Assembly: GCA_012295275.1 (NCBI GenBank)
Contig: CM022672.1
Span: 1,984,001-2,048,000 of the forward strand
Direction of reading: 5' to 3'
DNA from: Chrysomallon squamiferum
Lineage: Eukaryota; Animalia; Mollusca
DNA length: 64,000 bases
Shown here: piece after piece, positions 13,501-52,357 of the stretch
Numbering within the stretch: position 1 is the stretch's first letter
Layout of the letters: every line of letters begins with the position of its first letter
The notes under the pieces: generated by a model
What the model was told of the DNA's origin: nothing
Database searches by the model: none
Seen by the model: the letters and a program-made list of their open reading frames with translations, nothing else
Position numbers and translations under genes: made by a program

Positions 13501-15601
13501 TCTACTGACATTGCACATACCCATGATGAGATAATGATAGGAGATATAACGAAATAATTTTACACAGAAAATTAAAGTTCATACAAGAATACAGTTTTAA
13601 TATATACATTAAGCAGTTTTATACTGACATAAGCTGATTTATACAACAGCAGTAATTAATAATACTTGCTTTAACATTTATTAGAAGTAAGAAGACTTTT
13701 TGGTTGTCATTTCTTTTTTAAACAAAACCAATATAAAAAAAAACCTTAAAGGAAAGGAAAAAGAAACAGCCCCAATACATTACATCTGATCAGTATGGAA
13801 ATAAATAATACAAATATGGTCAGACATTCCCATGCAACCTTCTTATAACTATATGAATACCACAAAATATCCTTCTCTTCTTAGTTTTTAAGAGGATTAA
13901 AGAAGAAAAATGTTCTGTCACATACAAAAAAAAAAAAAATAATAATAAAATAAAATAAAATAAAATAAATAATAATAATAATAATAATAATAAAAACAAA
14001 AAAAGAAATAATAATAAAAAACAAACTCTGCCTTGTTATCTCAATGTTAAAAGAAAAATAAATTCTCTCTCTCTCTCTTTCTCAGACACACATGTACTGT
14101 AACACATTCAGAGAGTTCTTCAAAGAACCAAAACCTAATACTCTTGACTAAGAAAAAAAAAAACAATAACAATAATCTGCCATAAGAAAAGTAATGTCCT
14201 GAACACCAAGTCCATACAATTACATCAACAAGTAACATATGTTTGTTTATTTGCACTGTTTGATCTACTGAAGAGCAAAGACACTTTCAAACAACAGATG
14301 TAATAGATAATGAACAACAATGTCTTGCCACACTTTTGCTAAACAGATAAGCTGGCGGTTTTAACACATACCGCATTCTCCTACTGCCAAAAGGTCTATT
14401 TTCTTTGCTTATTTTTATTAGCCTGCTAATATGTGAAGAGTGACACAAGCTTGCAAAATCAGACACTGTATAGCAGACTCTGGACTCATCAGAAACTTGT
14501 ACTTGTGATGTGGGTATGTTTCTGTTAAGTACACAACTTGTCAAGGATGCAATACAACTTCATGTTTTGCCAGAATTAATATGGTACACCATACTCTAGT
14601 AGAAAAACAAACTTCTACAGTATTGTATGTTTATTGCAGAACTGATCAAACATGCCTGCCATGGGTAGTTTCTGATTTTGCCTGAATTCGACATGGTTAG
14701 GCAATAGTAAAAGGTGGGACACTATGGGTAAAGACTGATGGTAATTTTTAGGATGTTTCTAAACAGTTCAGATACACATGTAATGGGCACAACTTCTTAT
14801 TTTGCTACAATTAGACATGATGGGATTGACATGAAGAATCTCAAATGGGTGAAGGAAGGTTTTACCTTGTTTCCATTTCATCACATGGAACTGTTACAAA
14901 ATGACAGCTATGAGTACAAGTTTCAACTTTGCCAGAACAGTTGAAGGACACAAGTATAAATATAATTTATTTAAAATTTTGTTGATTTTGAAAATTTATT
15001 GCAATGAAAATCTAGTCGTAAATATGTGGTTAATATCATTTTATTTTTATTATTATGCTTTTTGCATTTATAGAAACTTTCATAATTGCTATATAACTGT
15101 ACTTCTTTAAATCATAAAAAAAAATTAAAAAAAAAAGAGTAAGAAGAGAAAAAATAGAATAAATAAATAAATGGTAGTAAAAGATAAATGAAAGGAAAAA
15201 TACTTGACCACACAATTTATCATTAAATTCCATCTTAGACACAGAAACTCATATACACATACATCACAGAAAAAAGAGAAAAGAGAAAAGAAAAACACAA
15301 ATATGTACACTAACATTATTAATAAACATACTCCAATTTTACAAAGATTCATGCATGCTCATCATGGGTCTCAAACTGACCAATCAGTGTCAAGGCTAAC
15401 ATGATTAGAATTACAAATTATTCTTCAATATTTTTGATAGTGACACTAATAAGGTTTTAATATAATTACTTTGTTGTAGATGCAATAACAAGGTTTTTAA
15501 AATAAATTCATATTTGTTTAAACCAAAAAAAAATCCAAAAGACAAAATATAATTTAAGAAAGTAAAATGTAAAAATAAACCAAATGAAAATATAAAATTA
15601 G

Positions 15602-15638
<37 letters not shown>

Positions 15639-16797
15639 AATGAAAGAAAAAAAAAAAATTAATTAATGTTTTTTATTTTTAAATTTAAAAAAAATAGTTT
15701 TAATTTTTTATTAATATTATTAGGGTTTTTTTGTGGTAAATTTAGTGCATTTCAAATATTTCATAACAGATTATATTCCAATTTTTAAAATATACTTTTT
15801 TTTTTTTTTTATTTGTTTAAGTAATATGATTTTTTTTTTTTTTTGTTATTATTATTTTGTTGCCTGTTATATCATTAATACTTTATCTAATATTAAGAAG
15901 AAAAAGAGCAGGAAAATGAAATACACAAAATACAAATATTAAAATTTAAAAATAATTCAAACTCATAAAATACTTTATACATATTTGTGAATAAATGATA
16001 GAGACAAAGAAATAAAATAAATACATTAATGATGGAACAAACTGGAACTTTTCATTGTATGAAATATATTAAATATATTAAATTATAAATAATCTGATTA
16101 ATATAGCAAAATAGAAGAAAAAGTGGTATGATATAAAAACACTGTGGTACCTATAAAATAAATAATAACACAATAAATGGTTTTTGAGCTGAATGACTTC
16201 ATATTAATGCAAACTGAATAAATTAAGCCATATTCTAACTATGTAAACATAATGGACTCATATAACAAAACAAAACTTCAACATAAATACAATTTCAACA
16301 GTTGTGCATTAAGTTACTATATACTGGTTTATTAAATTACTGACTAAAATAAAAGTAATCAACAAAAACTTTACCATATCTTATAAAGGAAGTTATAGGA
16401 TTAGTAATACTCTTTATGAATATAAAAAAAAAAAAAAAATAATAATAATAATAATAAAATGAACTTTTTAAAATTAATTTCTTGAAATTGACTCTGTATG
16501 TAAAAAAAAAAAAAAAAAAAAAAAAAAATTATGAAAATATCAGAAATATCAGAAATTATCTCACTAAATAGTCAAAAACAGAAAGATTTGATTATCTCCT
16601 TATTATATTAGTAAAGATTTGATGATTAAATAATAATAATAATAATAAAAAATTAAAAATTAAAAAGAAGAAAAGAATGTAATTAGTTTGAGTAGAGGTT
16701 CTTCAGTATTATTTTGCTGGGAGACAGTTGATATATATATATATATAAAGAGAGAAAACAGTTGTTTTGTTTTGGGATTTTGTAATTTCTCTAACTG

Positions 16798-34779
<17,982 letters not shown>

Positions 34780-35715
34780 GACTCAGTTGTTACATGATGC
34801 AAATTTGCAGCTCATGAAGAGTCTAGAATGACAAGTTAAGCAATTGATGACAAAATTAAAACCATATCATATTAATTAAATAATAATAATAATAATAATA
34901 AAAATCCAAAAAAATCAACACTGATGTATTCAGCAGTTAGAATAAAAGCTGCTCAGCAAAAACTAACAAACAGACATTTTTTATTTAGTATTAATTCTTT
35001 ATATTACCTATTTGTGGATTCAAAATATTTCGAATTAATTACTTAATGTTTTAATAGAGTTAAATATTTTGATGACAAGCAGTCATTCATTGGTAAGCAA
35101 TAAAAATGTTTACCATTCCAGTTTTTCCTGAACATACACATGGTATAGTAGTCATTTAATTACTGTCTTAAGAGACAGCTATTTAGGGATGTTAAATATT
35201 AGGTATTATGAGTTTCCATTCATGATTTTAGAAAGTCATTTATAGTATATAATATTGTAAGACACTGAATTTTAGGTGCAGAACATTCTTCAAATAAATT
35301 ATAGTCATGACAGACCGTAAGTCGTAAGTTCAAAGCCAAAGGATTACATTTTACAATTTATATTATTTTTATACCATAGACATCTGGTGTATTTTTTAGT
35401 TTATACTACATTTTATTATATTTATCACTTACCGACACATTTAACAGATTTAAAAAATAACAATAACATATGACAGAGAAATGGGGAATAACTTAATAAG
35501 GATCTTTTTGCAACCGAATTCATGAATGATTGTTGGCCGATTAAAAATGCTAGTTTACTACTAGACTAGAAATGAAATTAAATCGATTCCGTTAAATCAA
35601 CAGAATTCTGCACAAAAATAAATATGATCAATGCAAAGGAAAGATAATGCATGTCATTACTGATATTTGTATTTTATAGTCCCGATATCATTAATATATA
35701 TTTACATTTTAATAC

Positions 35716-35790
35716 CTTCTGACTCAACAGCGAAAACCGGATGTCTTTAAAAGAAATCTCCTTCCGGTTGTCAGATGCGGGCAATCCGAA
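35716..35790 (-). other. ARMH3: Probable non-coding first exon of ARMH3 (5' boundary approximate)
   Basis: CpG-retaining stretch ending in donor AAG|GTATTA at 35715. A second strong minus-strand donor (G|GTAAGT, 35432) suggests an additional or alternative 5'UTR exon. Confidence 0.5.
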
Positions 35791-36000
35791 CTATTATTTA
35801 CAAAACCCAGTGTAACATTATTTGGCTTGTGATTGTTACCAATATTACTGTTATATTAAAATATAATGTGCAAGATCGTTTTGAACTTTTGATTGCAAAA
35901 GACAAGTGTTTCCATGGAGACGTTTACAAGTGCCAAGGGGGACCACTCTAGTTTGGTTTCAATGAATAGAAACATGGTGATTGTGTAAATAAAAAAGTTA
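35730..36000. promoter_or_regulatory. Bidirectional promoter ARMH3/LRP2BP with ETS, CCAAT, RFX X-box and forkhead-like motifs
   Basis: ACCGGATGT 35736-35744 and CTTCCGGT 35761-35768 (ETS); CCAAT ~35839; GTTTCCATGGAGAC 35908-35921 (X-box); GTTTACA 35922-35928 and GTAAATAA ~35985 (FOX-like). Local CpG retention between two divergent genes. Confidence 0.7.
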
Positions 36001-36018
36001 CGAATCGTTTTTTTAACT
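35930..36018 (+). other. LRP2BP: Probable non-coding first exon of LRP2BP (5' boundary approximate)
   Basis: Donor CT|GTAAGT at 36019; next acceptor TTTCAG at 36900-36901, 29 nt before the ATG. Confidence 0.55.
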
Positions 36019-36336
36019 GTAAGTAACTTCATTTGTCCATGTTTAGAAATACTGTTATTTATATTTATTAAGGTAAAATTTTATATCATCAAAACTATGT
36101 TATTATCTATGTATTTGTAGTTTAACAAGTAGTGATTATTATCATTACAAATTTTATTCTTTAATATTAATTATTATAAAAAACATTGAAATTAAATAGA
36201 TCAGAGTTTGTACGTAACATAGCATAATTTAGTTTTTAAAATACTATCTAAAAGTGCTGAAAATGAATTATTATTTAAACTGGTGTAACATATACGTGAT
36301 ATTTTACATATTAACAAAATTATTATTATGACGATC

Positions 36337-36395
<59 letters not shown>
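36337..36395. repeat. (AAT)n microsatellite
   Basis: Perfect trinucleotide run. Confidence 0.97.
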
Positions 36396-36681
36396 TCCAT
36401 AGAGATAACAGATAATATTTTCTAATGTTGTCATAATTATTTAAAAAAAAATACATTCCATTATAAAGTAGGATGTGACTAATTCTCTTTAGATATATAA
36501 AAACATGTTTAAAATGAAAACAAACAACAATAACAAAGAGATGAATTCAGTTAATATCTTTCTAGTAAATTAACTTTTTCTCCATAGCTTTATTTTTTTA
36601 TTTTTCTCACAAAGCAACATCTTTTAACTTTTCTGTTGTTTTAGAATACTGAGTAAAATAAATTGTTTGATATCATCTAAT

Positions 36682-36715
<34 letters not shown>

Positions 36716-36930
36716 AACCAAGAATTAGAAAGAGAGAGGGAAGGAGGGAGCGACAAAGGAATGCAGAGAGAAAGAAAGAACAAAAAGAAACAGTGTGGTA
36801 GAAAGACAGTCATATTATTCCTAAATTATTAAAGCATAAACATTTAAAAAAAAAGAAAAAAAAAAGAAGCTATTTATTTTGTTATTACACATCTATTTCA
36901 GGTTTATATACTTAGTCATAGATAGACAAA

Positions 36931-45612
<8,682 letters not shown>

Positions 45613-47210
45613 ACTCATTACAGGATTAACTATAGACTGGTTCTGGAAGGATACTGACTGGTTTTTTGAAACACATAGATTAGTTCTGGAAGAAAAGAGA
45701 AAAATTCATATTAAGATTATGGTAAAAATCTACATGAACAGATACTTTTTGATTATGCAGAAAGAGCATGGGTTAAATTAGAAAATGTGATTTTAAAATG
45801 ATTTTGTAAAGAAAAAGAACTTAAATAATGATTCAGTATGTGTTTTGGGACTGTGTACGTAAAGATCACCTGGAATGATATTAATGTATATAAACATATT
45901 TTTCTAATGTTAAATTTGTCTTTAATATTGTAACAAAATGTATTATTTTTAATTGTCTGTTGTTATTATTATTCATTTCTAAACCTGTCTGTGATTGTTA
46001 GTATCAATTTTAGAAATGATCTTGATGGCAATTTAAGTTAAGATCTCATTCACAATAATGATGATAATAACAATAATAATAATAATTTGAACAACAAACT
46101 AAATATGATAGCAAACAGTTGCAATTTATGTGTATGATCATTTGCATTATTAAATAAAATGAATAGTGAGTCAGGAGTTAAAGAAATTAATAGGAAATCT
46201 TGAAGATTTTTTTCTCAAAACTGTTTGTATTGGTAATGTTTTATAGTTAGATAATAAGGAGTTGTTATGGAGTTATACATTTTTATTTTATATTTAACTG
46301 TTACAGATGTTTGGTTGAAAACAGGTATATTTGAAAAAAAAAATTCACCAACTTTTTTAACTTGTCAAGGTTTAGAGGATTACACAGAAATATATTTTAT
46401 TTATACCTGAAGAGGTTATTGTTTGGAGGGCTATGTAAAAAAATGTATGGATACGTTTCTGGTAGGTTTAAACACTGGAGATATACATTTTCTGTTTCTC
46501 AGATGGAAAAGATTGTTGTTCAAAAGTTTTTAAACATAAATTTTATCATTGATTAAATGAACATAAATTTATCTGTAGGTGGGCTTGAATGTAGAGGGAT
46601 TTTTATTTTGGTTTCAGATGGATTATAAATTTGCCAGTAAATGCTGATTAACTTTCTTCTTTCTTTTTAAAACCTTTTTTTAAAAATAACAATTTTGATT
46701 CAAAAATGTAATAAAAACATTACTAACATATACTTTCTTTCCATCATAAAAAATGTCTGTTTTAAATTTAATTTTTAATTCAGTTGATTTGTTTTGTTAT
46801 TTGTTTTGTTATTTTAAAAAACACAGCAATGTTAAATAATTAAATGATAATGAAAAAAGAAACATGACTAACATATACTATTTCTTAACATTGTGAAAAG
46901 TTTTCACTTTTTAAATTAATTTTTATTTTCTCCATTGATCTCTTTTCATCAGCTTAATAATTTAACCTAATCTCTTCATTAGACAGTTTTCAATTAACAA
47001 AGAAATTATATTATTAAAATTTCATAATTATAAACAAAATATATATATATTTAAAATATTTGTTTGGTAACCAACACACAACCTAATGTTAAATTGGATT
47101 GTACAGGTTTTCAATAATATGTCTTTTAAAGTGATTTTTCTCATGAAATAAATAAATAAAAGATAATAGTTAAGCTACTGTGATAGATGTTTCTGATTAT
47201 TATTATTATA

Positions 47211-47257
<47 letters not shown>

Positions 47258-47338
47258 TACAATATTTTAGTTATGTGTTTTATCTTTGAATACAAAAGTT
47301 TGTATTTGAAATCTAAAGAACAGGGTCTTTATTTATTT

Positions 47339-47370
<32 letters not shown>

Positions 47371-47852
47371 TTTTTATTATTATTATTATTATTGCATATA
47401 AGAAGTCTTTAAGCATTTTACTTTTTAAATTTTTTAAATGCAATATACTTGCATGAGTGTGTTTGTCTGTGCATGTGCATATTATTCATGTCCATCTGTC
47501 TGTCAGTATGTTAATATATGTAATTTTATAACATTTTATTTTATTTAATTTTATATCACTTTAATATTTTTATTTTATATAATCTTTTTTCTTTTGAAAT
47601 ACATTGTACATTTTGGTATTATTTAAAAAAGAAAAAAAAAGCCTAATGTGATAGCATTACCAAATTACAATTTTTGAAAATTTATTTTATATGTCCATGT
47701 ATTTTTTATAATCTCTTTTAGTCTTCCTTTTTATTTTTGCATACTTTTATTTCATATTTCCAAAGATTTCTGCCAAAAATTTGTGTTACATTCTTATCAC
47801 CAACTACTAGTGTTAACAGATCTGCCAAATGTATTCTACTTACATGTAACTA

Positions 47853-47902
<50 letters not shown>

Positions 47903-49194
47903 GCATGTATGCATGTATGCATATTCTATAGAATTTGGTGTCTGTTACAAATTTCAGTAATTTATTTATTATTAACAATGTATATACATATATGTATGTG
48001 TATATATGTATGTACATATGCATGTCTGTATATATGTATTTATCCTATAGCATTTGGCATCAGTAATTATTTATATTATTAACAATACTCCTGGTTAATA
48101 GATTGTGTTAATCTTATTTTTTGATCCTCTCTTTTTACTATAATTATTATCATCATTAAAATAATAAAATAAATATATATTTTATAAAATAGATTTTTAT
48201 GAACTATTTTATATCTGGCCTTTCAATCTGCCGTGTACTTCAAAGTTAAGTATACATTTTGTAGCAGGCTTTTTCAACTATTTTATATGATACTAGTCTC
48301 AGTATGATAATAAACATTGTCTTAACTGAACTTCTAGAAAACAAAACAGAGAAAAATGTTTAGCATCAGGTTATTCACAATTGTAATTATGTGAGATGTA
48401 CACAGATGTAGAATTAATTGCATTAGAAGATTGTTGTCAGTATAGATTTGGGTCTTAAAATACAGATGTCAGTGTTGGTACATAAAAGTTCATTCACGTC
48501 ACATATTCTCTATGCCATTTAAAAATCAAGCCATAATACTAATTGTGTTTAAAATGCCATAATTAATAAATGCAAAATATGGGATCTTTATTGCTTATAT
48601 ATATACACATCCCTACATTACTATATAACAGTTAGTCCACATATTAAACATGCCACACAACTCTACTAAACTAAATCTAAAAATAATGTATTTTTTATTT
48701 TTATTTTGTTTTTGTTTGTTTTCTGTCTGAATTGTTATGAAGCACTGAGGAAAATAACTTGAACTTTTTGATATAAACCTTGGTGACTGTTTTTAATTAG
48801 GTGTGATATTGACCATTACTAATCTGTTAGTTAACAAGTTATGCCTTGAAAGAAATTAAGATATCTCTGTGCCAATGTTTTATCTTACTGTGATAACAAG
48901 AATTAAAGAAGAAATTTGTTGTAAAACCCGGTCTTGTTTTTTCACTGGACAAAAAAAAATGCTTATGAAAGTTCATACTGTTTAAATTATAACTGTTCTG
49001 TATGTTTATTTGTTTCTTTTGTTTGATAGTTTTTTTTTTTAGAATAAATATAAATTCCAATAAGGAATTTAAACATAATCTTGGATTTTTGTTGTGTATT
49101 TGAGATAGGTGCATTATTATTTTTATTATTTAAAATTTTGTTTTATATCTGCTTGGAGTTTGATTTATGTTATGTGACAGAAATATTTCTCACT

Positions 49195-51578
49195 TTACTC
49201 TGTGTCCTTGCTTCCCAATGTCATCATGACAGACCTCAGCAACACCTCTCCAGTTCCTCTGGATACACCATTTCCATCACAGGTTATTATTATTAATGTT
49301 GTTATTATTATTATATCTGTTGTTATTATTATATTCCATAGTTCAGCCATTGAAGCTGAAGGACTTTCTATGAAAAGAATTCTGTTATAAAACCAATGCA
49401 AGACTCCATCATTCTTTCTTTTTTTTTCTTCAGTATTTCTCATGACTCTATTCTTCATTTCCATATGTTGTCAGACATAAAATGCAGTGACTACTTTTCA
49501 TCTGACAATAGTGTGAATCTATTTACATCTTCCAGTAATATTATTCAATATAACCTACAAGTGTTAGAGATAAGCTGTGAAACTCCTATCAGCAGATACT
49601 GTCTCTCTGCCTAAACCAATCAACCATTTCATATATTATTTCCATTGCAGGTTCAAGCTTGTCTGTCGTAGACAAGCTGTCTGAGTATCCCATTGAAAAT
49701 ATTTATTCATTTTACAACAAATATCATATTTTAATATTAGTGGGGTTTTTTGTGTTTTTTAAAAAAATATTTTTTATACTGGCAGTTATTAGCTATGGAC
49801 TGTTTAACTGTTCAGTCAGTCCAAACCTAATAAGAAATGGTTTTCAAAAACTAAAAAATAATTAATTTAAAAAAATATAATAAAAGTTCAGTTAGTAAAA
49901 ATAATAAAAAGAACTGACAACACATGTATTAAAAAGAGAGAGAAATTAATAATAACAAACAACAAAAATAATAATATATACAAAAATGATGATGATCACA
50001 ACAATAACAACAACAGTTTATGTTATTTTTTTTGAACAACAAAATAAGCTAGCCATCAAAAAAGCCTACAACTCATTTTGGTGGCAGGGGTCACAAATAA
50101 GAAATTTTGTTGTCTTCGGTAGATAATGACATTTGTACTTTCAGCTTAATAATATGACAATCACCTGACACCTGCAGCAGTGGGCTCATTTACATTTATC
50201 TCTACCATACAGTCTTCAATGTAATCTAATTGTTTTAGTTCTTGCCAAGTTAAAACTCAAGATCTTGTAAGATAAAAGGAAAATCTAATTCTTCAGCTGT
50301 AAAACGTTCTTTGTAGCTCAAAGCCAACAGTTCTGTAGACAAATTGCATCAACAACAATCCAGAGTTAGTGACAAACGGAATTTGTTTGTTATGGTAATG
50401 AACTTATATACCTCTCGCCAAATTCTTGCCCCGAAGCTGCTAAAATAATGCAAATACGGATACCGCTAGATTCAACAACTGATAGACTTTGTCAGGAATG
50501 AACAATTTCAGTAATATTAAAGGAAAGAAAGCCATTGATTCTGCTTTATAATGGACTCATTTCCATTGCAGAAAGGATCACAAACATCAGATGTCTGACA
50601 TTATAAGGATCAAATCACTGGCATGTATATGACTTACATCGTCTTGTGGTTTTGGAATTTATATCTTCACCTATTTGTGTATTTCATCACAGTGTGTTCA
50701 TAAGATAATGGTAAGTTCATTTTCAGGAGATTAAAAAAAAATAGTGTTTATTCTTTTTTGTAATAATAATTTGTTTTTGGGGTTTCTTACATTTTTTTTT
50801 TTAGTTTGATTATTATTTGTTAAATTTAAAAATGTATACTTCAAAAATTACTTGTAACTTAAATAATTAATTTTGAAATAATTTATAATTGTTACTTATT
50901 TATTATTATTATTATTATTCAGAATGGAATATTTATATTTGATTTATAAGTTATTTTTATATTTTAGGGTTTATTAAATTTTCATGATATTTTAATGCAT
51001 TAATGCTTTCTCCTTTTTTTTTTTTTTTTTTTTTTTCTTTTGTTCATAATAAGTACACTTTTTAAGTTTCTAGAGAAAATAATTGCTGGTTTGATTTTCT
51101 ATATGCTAATGGCTTTTCAGTTTTGGAGACAAGTTGTTTTCATAAAATGATGATGGCAAGTTAATTTTTAAAAGGTGTTTAAGAAAAATTTTGATGTCAT
51201 TTTCAAGTATCTACTGGTTTTTATTTTTAGAGCATCATCATTTTCATTTGATTTCGAGTTTCTAAAAAATATATATATAGTTTTCTAAATGCCAAAGACA
51301 TTTTTTAAAATCAATTTTGTTTTTACATGAAAATGATGGGAAAGTAACTTGTTAAGGTTTTCTCTAACTTTTTAAAATGTTATTTTAATGATATTGGATT
51401 TTCACAGTACACCATTTTTATCTTAAAACTGTTTCCTATTACACTGAAATATACACAGAACATAAGACATACATGCATGACTGTAATAAGTATACTCAGA
51501 TACATTCACAAAGCTACATACATATACATATCTATCTATCTAGCTAATTATTTATATATAGTCATACACACATACATT

Positions 51579-51609
<31 letters not shown>

Positions 51610-52326
51610 GTGTCTGTGTATATGTATGTATGTATGAAGTTATGTATGTATGTATGTATGTATGTATGTGTATGTATGTATGTATGTATGTATGTATGTA
51701 TGTACACACAGACATATGCACATACACATTTTATTTTCAAGCATACAGAAAAAGTGATTCGTAAACCAAGCATATATCTTATGCACTGAATTAATTTCAG
51801 CATTTATGCTATTTTTGAAAACGTTTCCTATTAAAATCATTACTGCACATTAACCTTATTAAGAATACCAGCAGTACAGCTCATCACAGGCAACAGTTTA
51901 TTTAGAACCATTTACTTAAGACTGGGCAAGGCAGCACTTTTAGGTTAATTTGCCAATTTGGAAATCTCTGGGTCTAAGGAAATGCAAATCCCTGATAATG
52001 CCTTAAGGTCAGGAAACTAAATCTTTCAAACAGTCTGTCTAGCAGACTTGCTCTTCCTAACAGAGCTTTTCCTTTTTGCGAAATTGGCTAGGCCTGGAAT
52101 CCAGTTGACGAAATTGGTGCCTTTGAAAATGGAAGCCGGTCTGAAGTGATAAATTGCTGGGAATTGCCCAAGATATTTCTTAAGTGGTGCTAGAAAGCAC
52201 TGATGCCAGGCTGTTCATAAAGAGACATTTTTATAATCAAAACCTTTTCTGATGTCCATTTTAAAAGTAATAAATGAATAGTGGGTCTTTGAATTTGTAG
52301 TGCATTATGCCCAGAGAAAGAAGTTC

Positions 52327-52357
<31 letters not shown>

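Larger units (their letters stand above)
3139..14960 (-). pseudogene. Possible decayed multi-exon gene of unknown family (islands ~4660-4890, 5358-5536, 5860-6110, 6550-7042, 9000-9630, 10307-10641, 11200-11440, 11680-12090, 14370-14960)
   Basis: Exon-like blocks with minus-strand splice signals: 5536-5358 (polyT-AG ... AG|GTATTT, one TAA); 10641-10307 (ends GAA|GTAAGT, 86 codons with one TGA); ~14370 (CG|GTATGT). Frames are broken and no family was recognised. Confidence 0.33.

Noticed and set aside
16328-16333. Specific poly(A) signal calls (e.g. AATAAA on minus at 16328-16333; on plus near 46153)
   Set aside because: AATAAA is too frequent in this AT-rich DNA to assign without 3'-end data.
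50340-50465. Caspase/metacaspase-like motifs (HYFSSFG ... LTLDCC)
   Set aside because: The catalytic His-Gly is absent and the spacing is too short; the resemblance is not enough to name a family.
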